Notes: generated by a model from the sequence alone, not told the origin. A stretch of DNA of 64,000 bases from Candidatus Omnitrophota bacterium (GCA_963805065.1 CAWDSS010000010.1:83696-147695); one strand, 5' to 3'. Shown: positions 19,039-28,625, counted from the first letter of the stretch. A program made the numbers and translations.

Positions 19039-19917
19039 TTAATCCGGTTCGGGGTGAACGGTAACATCGGCATTAGTAACAAACTGTTGAGTGATACGCT
19101 CGATGTCTTCGGTCAGCTGGTGAACTTCTCTGAGGGTCCGGCTGCCATCGACAAGCACGTGCAAATCAACAAATGGCTGAGGGCCAGAAAAACGAATCCT
19201 GACATTGTGACAGTCAATCACGCTTGGCAAAGCTTCTACGGCTATAATAATCTTTTCTTCAAGCCCTTCGGGAGTAGAATCCAAAAGGTCCCGGACTGCT
19301 TTCATGCCCAATTTAATACTGACATAAATTACAATGACCCCGACTATGATGGCCGCGACCGTATCTGCGTAATGCAAAAATTCGTAACCCTTCAGCCAAT
19401 CACTCAATTTAACACAAAAAAGGCCTAAAATAACTACGCACGAGCTCCAGATATCCGTTCTAAAATGAAGTGCATCTGCTTCAAGGGCCTGACTATTGAA
19501 TTTACGAGCAACCCTGTGAAGCATTCGAGACCTCGAGAAATCAACGAAAATCGAAATAAACATAACACCAAAAGACCACATAGTTACTTCAATTTTAATA
19601 TGGCCGGATATTATACGCTTTGCCGCCGCAGAAATAATCCAAAAACATGTAACCAATAAAAGAAATGTTTCAAACAAAGCAGATAGATTCTCTATCTTTC
19701 CGTGGCCATAACGGTGATCCTTATCTGCGGGCTTGCCTGAAGTTTTCACCGCCACAACGGTTACAATAGCGGCAAACAGATCCAATCCTGAATGAGCCGC
19801 CTCAGCAATAATTCCCAAACTGCCCGTCACAAAACCGACGATGATCTTAAGTAACGTTAAACCGCACGCTGCGATAACAGAACTGATTGCGACAGATTCC
19901 TTTTCGGTATTAGCCAT
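19039..19917 (-). CDS. cation diffusion facilitator (CDF) metal efflux transporter
   Basis: 292 aa with six TM segments. Metal-site motifs AHSGLD (TM2) and HFRTD (TM5). C-terminal cytoplasmic domain. Confidence 0.9.
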   Translation of the reverse strand: MANTEKESVAISSVIAACGLTLLKIIVGFVTGSLGIIAEAAHSGLDLFAAIVTVVAVKTSGKPADKDHRYGHGKIENLSALFETFLLLVTCFWIISAAAKRIISGHIKIEVTMWSFGVMFISIFVDFSRSRMLHRVARKFNSQALEADALHFRTDIWSSCVVILGLFCVKLSDWLKGYEFLHYADTVAAIIVGVIVIYVSIKLGMKAVRDLLDSTPEGLEEKIIIAVEALPSVIDCHNVRIRFSGPQPFVDLHVLVDGSRTLREVHQLTEDIERITQQFVTNADVTVHPEPD

Positions 19918-19949
19918 ACTTTAATTCTCTTAAATATATTTCTAAAAAT

Positions 19950-20324
19950 TTATTTGCTCTCTTTAGCCCCGGCTTGTATAAGTAATTTAACTATTTCATC
20001 GCGGTAGTATGACGGAGTGTGTGATCTAGCTATTGACAAGGCTGTTTCATCGTTGTCTAATTTCTCATTTACGTCTGCGCCCTTCTCTATTAAGAGTTTT
20101 ACTAGTTGAATGTGGCCATTCCATACCGCACATTCTAACGGTGTCAAGCCATAATGGGATTTTGCATTAACATTTGCACCCTTAGTTATCAGTTCATTAA
20201 CCGTTTGGATGTCATTACTCATTGCTGCGTCACATAGTTGATCGGCAAGATCCGCCAGGCAAAGTACGGGAGCTAACATTACAATAAAGCTTAAAACAGA
20301 AACAAAGAATTTTAGCTTCTTCAT
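19950..20324 (-). CDS. secreted ankyrin-repeat protein
   Basis: 124 aa with a signal peptide. Ankyrin repeat units (GANVNAK..G.TPLECAV..GH..LVKLLIEKGADVN). Confidence 0.85.
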   Translation of the reverse strand: MKKLKFFVSVLSFIVMLAPVLCLADLADQLCDAAMSNDIQTVNELITKGANVNAKSHYGLTPLECAVWNGHIQLVKLLIEKGADVNEKLDNDETALSIARSHTPSYYRDEIVKLLIQAGAKESK

Positions 20325-21142
20325 TGCTTGCCTCCTGCTTCACCCATATCTTTTTTAGATTGCTTAAGTAAGCTTGCGATTTCGTTATGCTTAAATTCAT
20401 TAGCCAAAACCAATGCTGTTTTACCATCCTTATTTTTTATATTAACGTCAGCCCCTTTATCTATCAGTATCTTTGCTACATCCGGGAAGTTGCCTTCAGC
20501 CGTCATCATCAATGCGGTCTCTCCGATCCTGTTTTGCGCATTAACATCAGCTCCTTTTGCTATTAATAATTTTGCCACATCCAAGGAAGAATGGGTTAGA
20601 GCAATCATTAATGCAGTCATCTTATAGTCTTGTTTAGCATTGATATCTGCCCCCTTCTCTATCAAAAACTTTGCTATTTCTAAGTAATTGCTCATGGCTG
20701 TGATCATCAAGGCGGTCTGGCCAGCCTTATCTGTCGCATCAATTTCTGCTCCGTTTTGTATCAATAATTTTGCTATTTCCAAGGCATTTCCCTTGTTGGA
20801 TTCTTCTAAGCGCTCGCTATTTGCAAGGCACATCAATGCAGTGCCTTCGCTATAATCTCTGGCATTAACATCAGCCTTTTTTTCTATTAATAGCTTTACC
20901 ATATCCAGGTTGCCAACGGCAGCTGCCCACATCAATGCCGTCTCACCGGTATTATCATCTTTTAAATTAATATCAGCCCCTTTTTCCAATAACGAATTTA
21001 CTATACCAAAAGAATTGGATTTAATTGCATTGATAAGCGGGGTAAAACTTTGTTCAGCAACTTCCTCAGGCGTAGCGATTACATAAGAAGTAAATGTGGC
21101 TATGCCCATAACCATTACCAGACTTAATAGTATTTTTTTCAT
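20321..21142 (-). CDS. secreted ankyrin-repeat protein
   Basis: 273 aa with a signal peptide. About seven ankyrin repeats (G.TALM.A...G..D.AK.LI.KGADVN). Confidence 0.9.
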   Translation of the reverse strand: MKKILLSLVMVMGIATFTSYVIATPEEVAEQSFTPLINAIKSNSFGIVNSLLEKGADINLKDDNTGETALMWAAAVGNLDMVKLLIEKKADVNARDYSEGTALMCLANSERLEESNKGNALEIAKLLIQNGAEIDATDKAGQTALMITAMSNYLEIAKFLIEKGADINAKQDYKMTALMIALTHSSLDVAKLLIAKGADVNAQNRIGETALMMTAEGNFPDVAKILIDKGADVNIKNKDGKTALVLANEFKHNEIASLLKQSKKDMGEAGGKQ

Positions 21143-21642
21143 GTTATCCTTTGTTTTTTGAATTTTATTTTTGTGAATACTGCTAACGCAAAAAGATAAG
21201 ATAAAAAGGCAAAAAATAATGAAATAACGATATAACCAATAAGAACTGGAAAAAGGATCTTTAATACCGATAATTTTAATAAATCAAGCCAATGGAACTG
21301 TTTTAGCAGCTGCTGACTGGCAGCGTATATACTATGCCAATCTACTCTCATTATATATGAACCTGTTTTAATAGCCAATAAAAATGTCAAGACCGTAGTC
21401 CAGGTATTGGTAAGAAAACAACCCAGTAATGCACTTGCCCGATTTAATCGGAAAAGCAAAGCTAATAATAGAGTATCGGTTGGCCCTGTTACGGGCATAA
21501 CTCCTAAGAATACCCCTAGGGCAAAGCCCAAGGCTACTTTTTGGGGCGAATCATTAATTCTAAAAAGCTTTATATAAATGAATTTTAAAAACCTATAAAT
21601 TTTATCTAAAATTCTTCTTTCCTGCATTCTAGCCATAATCAA
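21139..21642 (-). CDS. DUF2062-like membrane protein
   Basis: 167 aa. SPQKVALGFALGVFLGVMPVTGP followed by TM helices. Confidence 0.65.
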   Translation of the reverse strand: MIMARMQERRILDKIYRFLKFIYIKLFRINDSPQKVALGFALGVFLGVMPVTGPTDTLLLALLFRLNRASALLGCFLTNTWTTVLTFLLAIKTGSYIMRVDWHSIYAASQQLLKQFHWLDLLKLSVLKILFPVLIGYIVISLFFAFLSYLFALAVFTKIKFKKQRIT

Positions 21643-21691
21643 TTTTTTATATAGTTAACGCTTTGCTCTGCCCGTGCAAATATTAGACATA

Positions 21692-21719
21692 ATTATATCT
21701 TGGATTTACGTCAATTCAA
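21692..21719 (-). promoter_or_regulatory. sigma70-type promoter TTGAAT-16-TATAAT
   Basis: -35 = rc of 21714-21719 and -10 = rc of 21692-21697. Lies upstream of 21139-21642. Confidence 0.45.
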
Positions 21720-21746
21720 GACCATAGATCATTATTATCATTACTG

Positions 21747-21842
21747 ATAGGTAACTCCTGCTAAGGCGCCCAGGAATATTCCGTGAGGGAAAAACTCTCA
21801 AGAACAGCTATTGGGGAAATTTAAGAGGCGACTCCCTTGGGG
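21747..21842. repeat. dispersed intergenic repeat, family E, copy 1
   Basis: Shares GGTAACTCC..TAAGG..CAGGAATATTCCGTGAGGGAAAAACTCTCAAGAACAGCTAT with the copies at 23751-23885 and 42400-42462. Confidence 0.7.
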
Positions 21843-22635
21843 ACAGGTAGTAAGTCGAGCCTCTCCGCTGCAACTTGTAAGACAACAGGCCTAACCACTC
21901 GTGAATAGCCAAAGAGCTGTGATAAAAACTTTCCTCCGTAGGTATAAAAACATTGAAGGAAGATTCATGGGGCGCATAAACATATCCCGCGGGAATAGGA
22001 ATAATCTCAACTTCGGGGAACTCCTTCTTGAATAACCAGTACGCACGCATCATATGCATGGCAGAAGTAACCAACCCGATAGTAGCATTCTTATCAATCA
22101 CTCCCATCTTTCGAACTTCCTGAGCCTGTTCTTTTGTAGTATGCGATTGCTCTTCAATAATTATCTTAGACTGAGAGATTCCAGATTTAACCGCTAAATC
22201 CCGCATTGCTGCGGCTTCGGAAACAGGCTGCCCATAAGCACCCCCTCCAGAGAAAATCAGTTTCCTGGCTTTGCTGTTCTTAAATGCCTCGAGACCGTTA
22301 AACAGCCGAGAGTACGTTTCCCCCGATACCTCAGGAGTTTTCTGAAAACTACTATTTGAATGTACTCCCCCTCCCAAAACAATAATAGCATCCATTCTCT
22401 CAAGATCGGACTTTGAAACAGTTTTATATTTTGATTCCAAGGTAGCAACCAGCAAACCTTCAACTGGTCGGATACTCAATAAAAATAAAATCAACAGGGA
22501 TAAAAAACAAAAATACCATCCAACCAGGAAACACAAAGATTGACGTTTAGCTTTATGCGTCAGCACTAAACCATAAGCTAGAAAAAATAACACCCAGATG
22601 ATTGGCATTGTAATTAATTTTGAATACTCTAACAT
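21808..22635 (-). CDS. YdcF/DUF218 (ElyC/SanA-like) family protein
   Basis: 275 aa with N-terminal TM helices. IIVLGGG...SGG motif region. The last ~17 codons read into repeat E1, so the true C-terminus may be fortuitous. Confidence 0.7.
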   Translation of the reverse strand: MLEYSKLITMPIIWVLFFLAYGLVLTHKAKRQSLCFLVGWYFCFLSLLILFLLSIRPVEGLLVATLESKYKTVSKSDLERMDAIIVLGGGVHSNSSFQKTPEVSGETYSRLFNGLEAFKNSKARKLIFSGGGAYGQPVSEAAAMRDLAVKSGISQSKIIIEEQSHTTKEQAQEVRKMGVIDKNATIGLVTSAMHMMRAYWLFKKEFPEVEIIPIPAGYVYAPHESSFNVFIPTEESFYHSSLAIHEWLGLLSYKLQRRGSTYYLSPRESPLKFPQ

Positions 22636-22762
22636 ATTTTACTTTCAACCCCTTAAACCATTACTTCTGATACATCCCGGATCATAATAGGCGGGGTTAA
22701 TTCCATACTAGTAATAACGAGGAATTAAGGACTGGTAACTCTCATAAGATTTTTATAAGTCG

Positions 22763-23617
22763 CTAAATATGTAACAAATACACGGCCATTGCAGCACATA
22801 AACAATATATGCCGAAAAAATGCCAACGTCCGCGTTCCAACCAGTTAGAAAGCCACCGTAGGGCAAAAATACCGAAAACAAAGCTCAAGGCCATGCCCAA
22901 CAATCCAGGATAAAAAAGATTGAGCGTGTTTGTCATATCTAACGATGCTGTCTGATGGGCCTTCAGCAATCTCAAAACTTCCCGGGCGATTATGGGCGGA
23001 GTGAGAACAACGGCAAGGGCGAAGCTAAACTCCTCAACATTTCTTTTCGAGATCCCCAAAAGAAGCCCGGTAGATATCGTTGCCCCGGAGCGCGAGAATC
23101 CCCGAAACGGCAAACAGATACCTTGCACTGCCCCGATCAAACAAGATGCTTTTAGACCCAACGCGGCCTTCTCATCCGAAGAGCCACGGTTTTTCAAACC
23201 CGCAAGAATAATCAAAATACCGACTGCAGCAAGTGCAATTGAGATAAGGGTTAAATTCCCAAAAAGAAGTTCGATCTCTGCATGATAACCATTTTTTAAT
23301 ATAAACCGCTCAATTAACATTTTCAGTAATAAGCCAACTACACTTGTCAAAACTGTCGCGGCCACAATAAATTTTAGGGCGTCTACAAAAATTTTTCGTG
23401 ACGCAAAAAATGTTATTTTCCATGAATTCCAGAAAAAAACAATAACTGCAACCATTGTTCCGGTATGAAGCATAACCAAAAGAAGCGTCATTTCCGGACT
23501 AGTGGGATCAAATCCCATCAATTTTTCTGCTACGATAACATGTGCAGAACTTGAAACCGGCAAAAGCTCTGTTACCCCCTGAACTGCGGCGAGAATAAAT
23601 ATCTTTAATAAAGTCAT
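22763..23617 (-). CDS. uppP: undecaprenyl-diphosphate phosphatase
   Basis: BacA motif ELLPVSSSAHV and a polytopic membrane profile. Start taken at Met18 of the track ORF (MTLLKIF...). Confidence 0.9.
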   Translation of the reverse strand: MTLLKIFILAAVQGVTELLPVSSSAHVIVAEKLMGFDPTSPEMTLLLVMLHTGTMVAVIVFFWNSWKITFFASRKIFVDALKFIVAATVLTSVVGLLLKMLIERFILKNGYHAEIELLFGNLTLISIALAAVGILIILAGLKNRGSSDEKAALGLKASCLIGAVQGICLPFRGFSRSGATISTGLLLGISKRNVEEFSFALAVVLTPPIIAREVLRLLKAHQTASLDMTNTLNLFYPGLLGMALSFVFGIFALRWLSNWLERGRWHFFGIYCLCAAMAVYLLHI

Positions 23618-23689
23618 CTGCGCAAAACCTTTATAAATTAATACCGAAACAAAACTCTGAAAGTACAATGGGAGTGCAAATAGTAAATA

Positions 23690-23718
23690 ATTATACTCCT
23701 GAATATCTATTGGCTCAA
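23690..23718 (-). promoter_or_regulatory. sigma70-type promoter TTGAGC-17-TATAAT
   Basis: -35 = rc of 23713-23718 and -10 = rc of 23690-23695. Lies upstream of uppP. Confidence 0.45.
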
Positions 23719-23750
23719 GAACATTATTACCAAATTAGTCGTATTTTGCT

Positions 23751-23885
23751 AATATTCCTTATATATTCTAGCTATTGGTAAATTTGAGAGGTAACTCCCG
23801 TAAGGACGGGCAGTAATATTCCGCAAGGGGAAGACTCTCTAGACACAGCTATGGGGAAATTTGTGAGGTGACTCTTGCTAGGATA
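23751..23885. repeat. family E repeat, copy 2 (contains ~1.5 tandem sub-units)
   Basis: AATATTCC...TCTAGCTATTGGTAAATTTGAGAGGTAACTCCCGTAAGGACGGG is followed by AATATTCCGCAAGGGGAAGACTCTCTAGACACAGCTATGGGGAAATTTGTGAGGTGACTC. Confidence 0.7.
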
Positions 23886-23909
23886 CGGTTTTAACAAGCG
23901 GCTGCGACA

Positions 23910-24941
23910 TCATTTCTCGGACACTGCGTTCAATACTCCCTCATCCTGCACCAACGTCCATTCGGTATCAGGATTGTATTCCTTCATCGCCCCTGCAATC
24001 TGGGAAGTCTTTTCGCCAAAATTCCGCTGAAAAACTTTGCCGTCCTGATTAACGATAAACGTCATGATGCCCGAATAGTCCCAATGCTCCGGATAAGCCA
24101 CCAGCGCGAATCCTTTCGTCAGGTTGCCGTGGCTCATGTAATCAATTTTTCCTCCAGGCGCAGCCTTGCCCTGCCGGGTCAGAATTCTGAAATAATAACC
24201 ATGAAACGGATGCGGCATGACCTTATTCCTGGCATAACCCTCAGCATGAGCTTCTGCCACCAAAGGCCCGAATGGGCTAACCATTTCGTTCTCCGCAGAC
24301 GGCCAGTAGAGACCATCCTTCTTTCCGGGCGTGCTCTTGAATTTATGCGCGTACTTCGTTCCTCCCTGGTTTATGCTTGCATACTGACGTTGCGCTACCA
24401 CGTAAGCCCGGCAAACGCCGATGGCATGAAGTTCATCCTTTCCAATATGACGGTTGATAATCTCTTCTTTGCCTGTCGCCGTATCAAAATGCCATTGCCC
24501 GTTCGCTTTCACCAGTGGAATCGGCATCGGCCAGTTATTCTTGCCAACCTCAAGAATGATTTTGTCCTCGCCTTCTTTCACAGGCGTGCAGCCCTGGGCC
24601 ATGGCATTGGCGAACCTCTGTGCGTTGTTCGCATCCTGCACTTCGTCACCGATTAAAAGTTCTTGGACCTCCGGGCCGAAAATTTCATCTAAGGCCGTTT
24701 TATCTTTGGCTTCGGCGGCCGCCTGCAAAGCTTTTATAGCCTCATCCGACGAAGTAAACAACCGTTGAACAACTACTGGTTTCTGTTGCGCTTGATTCGG
24801 TTCTGCCGCATAAAGATCAGCTAACAAAATACTCCAGACATTTATCAACAATGCGATTGTCAAAAAACTGACAAAACATGTAAGTTGCTTAAAAAATTTC
24901 ATAAGTTCATCGGGTTTGTTTCCATCCAATGTATACTTCAT
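23910..24941 (-). CDS. DUF2950-family secreted protein
   Basis: 343 aa. Signal-like segment from Met14. Conserved stretches GKKDGLYWP, PFGPLVAEA, HGYYFRILT.QG..APGG, GFALVAYPE.W..SGIMTFIVNQDGKVFQ. Confidence 0.7.
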   Translation of the reverse strand: MKYTLDGNKPDELMKFFKQLTCFVSFLTIALLINVWSILLADLYAAEPNQAQQKPVVVQRLFTSSDEAIKALQAAAEAKDKTALDEIFGPEVQELLIGDEVQDANNAQRFANAMAQGCTPVKEGEDKIILEVGKNNWPMPIPLVKANGQWHFDTATGKEEIINRHIGKDELHAIGVCRAYVVAQRQYASINQGGTKYAHKFKSTPGKKDGLYWPSAENEMVSPFGPLVAEAHAEGYARNKVMPHPFHGYYFRILTRQGKAAPGGKIDYMSHGNLTKGFALVAYPEHWDYSGIMTFIVNQDGKVFQRNFGEKTSQIAGAMKEYNPDTEWTLVQDEGVLNAVSEK

Positions 24942-25261
24942 CGCTTTCCCCTTTGCTCGCCACTAGGATGCGCCGCTCCGTGACTTTGCACAGTACTGGA
25001 ATGTGCTACTCCATGACTTTGCATACCGCTGGGGTGCGCTACCCTGCGACTTTCAGATCCACGATGGCTATAATTATGCGCGTCGCGCCCCCTGTCATAG
25101 TAGCCGCCGAAAATAAACATATCCGGTTCCGGCTCCGATACCATCATCGTGTCTCCATAATAACCTTCAGTCCAGTACCCCGCACATCCAGTCAAGATCG
25201 CCACCAGCCCAATCACCAGCCCAATCTTGATTCGCTCAACTAGACTGATCGCCTTATTCAT
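24938..25261 (-). CDS. His-rich putative lipoprotein
   Basis: 107 aa. Lipobox LTGC after a hydrophobic segment. C-terminal repeats HPSGMQSHGVAHSSTVQSHGAAHPSG. ATGA overlap with the DUF2950 gene. Confidence 0.5.
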   Translation of the reverse strand: MNKAISLVERIKIGLVIGLVAILTGCAGYWTEGYYGDTMMVSEPEPDMFIFGGYYDRGRDAHNYSHRGSESRRVAHPSGMQSHGVAHSSTVQSHGAAHPSGEQRGKR

Positions 25262-25417
25262 GGGGTTCTTCCTAAAGAAAGTATTTCCAAAACAGTAGTT
25301 TGTTAAAATTTATTTTATTTCTGCTATCGCTCCTGAATTGTTATTAATATGATATACCTATTTTAGTACTACTCAACTATTATTTTATCACCTAGTTTAA
25401 TATTCCTTAAGGTAGTA

Positions 25418-25855
25418 TTATATTATCGCTTTTGCTAATTTATTACCCAGCTCTTTTGCCTTTTCTAAGTCCTCTTTCCTGGGCTTACCTTCCACAAGCA
25501 GAGGTTTAGCAATCTGTTTTAATTTAAATCTTTCCCCCATCTTCTCCAGGCTGCCAACTGCCTTTCCGCCTCCACCGTGACTAACAAAACAAACATAGGG
25601 TCTATTGGTAATTTTTCCTTCGGATGGATAACAAGTCCTGTCAAAGAAATCTTTTAACGCTCCTGCCATATAGCTGAAATAATCCGGGGTTCCAAAACAA
25701 TAGCCATCAGAGGACAGCAAATCTTCTAAAGTTGCTTCAGATGCCTTTTTTAATATTACATCTATACCGGAAGATTCCATTCCTTCTTTTATAGCAAGAG
25801 CTAATTTTTCTGTATTTCCTGTCTGGGTATGATAAACAACTAAAACCTTAGCCAT
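25418..25855 (-). CDS. flavodoxin
   Basis: MAKVLVVYHTQTGNTEKLA FMN-binding N-terminus. GGAGG before Met8 of the track ORF. Confidence 0.85.
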   Translation of the reverse strand: MAKVLVVYHTQTGNTEKLALAIKEGMESSGIDVILKKASEATLEDLLSSDGYCFGTPDYFSYMAGALKDFFDRTCYPSEGKITNRPYVCFVSHGGGGKAVGSLEKMGERFKLKQIAKPLLVEGKPRKEDLEKAKELGNKLAKAII

Positions 25856-26375
25856 TTTTATTCCTCCATCCCTCATGCATTACAATTTCTTTAAGGCTTA
25901 ATCTGTCCTTATGGCTTGGGCAGGGTTTATCCGGATATCCTAAGGCCAAGAGTTCCACTGTTCGAATATCTTTAGGGATACCTAAAATCTCCTTAACCTG
26001 ATCTTCATAAAAGGCCCCAATCCAGCAAGTCCCTAATCCCTCTTCAGTTGCCTTAAGCGCCATATGCTCAATGGCAATAGCCACATCAATGGGATAACAC
26101 AATTGGCCGCAGGTCATTGCATGGCTATCGGTCTTAGCACAGCAGACGATTACAACTGGTGCCTGACCAACAAAGGCTTGGTTTTTGGCTGCTTTCATAA
26201 GGCGCTGCCGGGTATTTTTATCCTGGACCACAATAAATCTCCATTCCTGCCGGTTACCTGCAGAAGGTGCAAGCCTAGCTGCTTCAAGAATAATCTCAAG
26301 TTTTTCTTTCTCAACCGCTCGGTCTTGGTAACTGCGCACACTGCATCTTTTTCTAATCGCTTCCATAACATCCAT
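25848..26375 (-). CDS. nitroreductase-family protein
   Basis: AIRKRCSVRSY...APSAGNRQEWRF signature. Start taken at MDVMEAI (Met17 of the track ORF). Confidence 0.85.
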   Translation of the reverse strand: MDVMEAIRKRCSVRSYQDRAVEKEKLEIILEAARLAPSAGNRQEWRFIVVQDKNTRQRLMKAAKNQAFVGQAPVVIVCCAKTDSHAMTCGQLCYPIDVAIAIEHMALKATEEGLGTCWIGAFYEDQVKEILGIPKDIRTVELLALGYPDKPCPSHKDRLSLKEIVMHEGWRNKNG

Positions 26376-26380
26376 GGTAT

Positions 26381-26827
26381 CTATACCTCCTTCTTCACTA
26401 CCAACTTTGCATCCATTGACCAACCGCCCGCTCCGACAATAAGCAGAAAGATTAAACCAAGCAGCATCGAAAAATCCGTTCGCGCTTCGTGAATCATGCT
26501 CCAGAATCCTGACTTAAGCAGGATTGGAACCTTTGTGCTTAAGATAGCAACCGTTATATCGATGAGAAGCGCAATAGTTGCAAGCTTTGTAAGTAGGCCT
26601 AGTAGCAGTAGAATACCGCAGACAATTTCAACACCCCCAACAAAAGGAGCCATAATTTCTGGGGCAGGAATCCCTATCTTCATAAAACGGCCTACGCCAA
26701 GTGCAGTAGGAAAGAGAAATTTCTGAATACCCTCGGCAAGAAATACTCCACCAACCATTAACCGAATAAAAATAGTTGCCTCGGGAGCAGTAGTGTAAAA
26801 TAATTTTTCAAGAAGTTTATTAACCAT
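26381..26827 (-). CDS. DoxX-family membrane protein
   Basis: 148 aa with four TM helices. Segment RLMVGGVFLAEGIQKF is DoxX-like. Confidence 0.75.
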   Translation of the reverse strand: MVNKLLEKLFYTTAPEATIFIRLMVGGVFLAEGIQKFLFPTALGVGRFMKIGIPAPEIMAPFVGGVEIVCGILLLLGLLTKLATIALLIDITVAILSTKVPILLKSGFWSMIHEARTDFSMLLGLIFLLIVGAGGWSMDAKLVVKKEV

Positions 26828-26849
26828 AAATTTAGTTAACTATAAATCC

Positions 26850-27359
26850 TTATGGATAAGTTAGTTGAAAATCTTTTACTTTAGCCCATGATACAAGATT
26901 ATGGTCGTTACAAGTTTTCCGATTCATAATATGTTTAACCTGGATACCGCGAACGAACAATGCGTCTGCTATAAGAGAGCGGTGACAACGCCATGGCACG
27001 CTTTCAGCACACATAATGACTATCTTTTTTTGTTTTGCTATTTTTATCAATCTTTCTATGTTTTTCTTAAAATCTTCCGTCTGCATGTAGTCCGCGAAAC
27101 CTCTGAATGATGCATTCCGCCAAGCCATGTTCACTGAATCTTTTTTCGCATGGCGCAATCCACCCAATCCCTTAATATGAATATACCCTATATGAACTTT
27201 TTTTAAACTCTTAGTCAGAATATCCTTATTGAATTGAGGATTATATCTTGATCTTGGTATTGTCCTAACATCAACTATCCTCTCAACCTTGTATGTTTTA
27301 AGCAGTTCGATAAGCTCCTCTATTGATCTCGTGCCATGTCCAACGGTAAATATCTGCAT
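26850..27359 (-). CDS. DUF488-family protein
   Basis: Start taken at MQIFTVGHGTRS (Met38 of the track ORF). Segment CAESVPWRCHR is typical of DUF488. Confidence 0.8.
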   Translation of the reverse strand: MQIFTVGHGTRSIEELIELLKTYKVERIVDVRTIPRSRYNPQFNKDILTKSLKKVHIGYIHIKGLGGLRHAKKDSVNMAWRNASFRGFADYMQTEDFKKNIERLIKIAKQKKIVIMCAESVPWRCHRSLIADALFVRGIQVKHIMNRKTCNDHNLVSWAKVKDFQLTYP

Positions 27360-27363
27360 ATTA

Positions 27364-27522
27364 TTATATTTTATCAAACATGGTCTTTGGTACACCACAT
27401 ACAGGACAGATCCAGTCATCCGGCAGATCCTCAAATTTTGTCCCCGGTTTAATCCCCTGAGTTGGGTCACCTACTGCTGGATCATAGATATAAGGACATG
27501 CTCTGCATTGATATTTATCCAT
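27364..27522 (-). CDS. rubredoxin
   Basis: 52-aa ORF below the track cutoff: [52 protein letters not shown]. Carries CxxC...CPxCG and a GGAG upstream. Confidence 0.9.
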   Translation of the reverse strand: MDKYQCRACPYIYDPAVGDPTQGIKPGTKFEDLPDDWICPVCGVPKTMFDKI

Positions 27523-27544
27523 ATATCAAATCTCCTCTCTTGAT

Positions 27545-28129
27545 TCACTTAATTTGTCTGACTTTCCGGTCTATCTCTTCTACCAATTTCTCAAAACGAG
27601 AATGTATATCCGCTCCAAGCTTACGCTCCACATCCTCAAATTCCTCTGCCAGTTCATCCTGTTGTTTAGAATTTAAGATTTTATCGGCCATAGGGAAAAG
27701 AAGGTAATCTTCCTTCCAGATGTGATTAGGATAGAGATTCAAAATCCCCTGTAACGATTGAATGAGTTCGTCTTTCAATGAAGAATCACCGCCTGTAAAG
27801 CCCTTCGCTGTTTCCGAAAGCTTAGCTACCAGAGCCCTTGCTTTCTTATGCTCCGCAATCAAGATAGCCAGCGGGCATCCCTGTATTGGAACGCCTTGTT
27901 TTTCTAACAACGGAAAAAGACGGAATTCTTCTTTCCCGTGATGGCACTTATCGGCAAACACTGACATGAATTCAGGGATATTTTGCAGCACCTCTTTATC
28001 TGCAAGCTGGTCTGCCTTTAATTTTTCTATCAGGATTGCGATTGCGCCAAGCACTTTTTCAATTATACGATGTTCTTCTTCTAATGATTCAGTAGGTTTT
28101 TTCCCAATCATCTTTTCATCCTCCCTCAC
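27545..28129 (-). CDS. hemerythrin-domain protein
   Basis: 194 aa with the H/E ligand pattern (EEHRIIE, CHHGKEE, AEHK, HIWKED). Confidence 0.7.
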   Translation of the reverse strand: MREDEKMIGKKPTESLEEEHRIIEKVLGAIAILIEKLKADQLADKEVLQNIPEFMSVFADKCHHGKEEFRLFPLLEKQGVPIQGCPLAILIAEHKKARALVAKLSETAKGFTGGDSSLKDELIQSLQGILNLYPNHIWKEDYLLFPMADKILNSKQQDELAEEFEDVERKLGADIHSRFEKLVEEIDRKVRQIK

Positions 28130-28605
28130 TTCAGTGTTTTCTTGATATCCGATAATTTAAGAAAATGGCTTCTTTCTTCTTCAATTATTTTCTCGATCGT
28201 ATCTTTTTGATAATCCGGGATAAAGCGCTTTATCTCCTGATAGTAATTAATGGAATCGAGCTCTACCTCTATACCAAACTGGATAGCCTTCTTTACATCT
28301 TTTACCTTCTTCGCCATAAGAGCGCCTGTTTTCTCTTTGCTGAAAACATGCTCATCTGCAAAGGCGTGTAAATATGCCTCATATTCTCCGGGATAACTAT
28401 CTACCATCTCGTATTGTTCTGACTTAGAAAGCATTTCTTCAAATATTTTACGGTGTCGTTCGTCTTCTTCTGCCAAGAAGCTAAAGATATCCTGCAACTT
28501 TTTTTCTTTGAATTTTGTAATCATCTCATTATAGAAAACTATACCATTTTCCTCAATGCGAATAGCTGTTTTTAGGATCTCTGCTGCTTTAAATATTTCT
28601 GGCAT
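28126..28605 (-). CDS. ferritin-like / rubrerythrin-family diiron protein
   Basis: 159 aa with paired ExxH motifs (EEDERH and EEERSH) plus upstream Glu residues. Confidence 0.7.
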   Translation of the reverse strand: MPEIFKAAEILKTAIRIEENGIVFYNEMITKFKEKKLQDIFSFLAEEDERHRKIFEEMLSKSEQYEMVDSYPGEYEAYLHAFADEHVFSKEKTGALMAKKVKDVKKAIQFGIEVELDSINYYQEIKRFIPDYQKDTIEKIIEEERSHFLKLSDIKKTLK

Positions 28606-28625
28606 AGAAAGCTCCCTTATTTTCT

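Noticed and set aside
20230-22463. Track ORFs 20230-20427 (-) and 22257-22463 (-), and other 60-190-aa ORFs nested in or antisense to larger genes (for example 24084-24656 and 12354-12833)
   Set aside because: They lie entirely within better-supported genes in other frames and have no motifs or start signals. They are typical shadow ORFs.
21747-23885. Family E repeats as a known riboswitch class
   Set aside because: I compared them from memory with fluoride, c-di-GMP, yybP-ykoY, guanidine, NiCo and preQ1 consensus features and found no match. Their orientation relative to genes is also inconsistent with a simple 5' leader.
24929-25243. Plus-strand 104-aa ORF opposite the His-rich lipoprotein ORF
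   Set aside because: The minus-strand frame has a lipobox (LTGC) and ATGA coupling to the next gene, and it follows the universal gene orientation. The plus-strand frame has no start context or motifs. Confidence in the minus-strand call is still only moderate.
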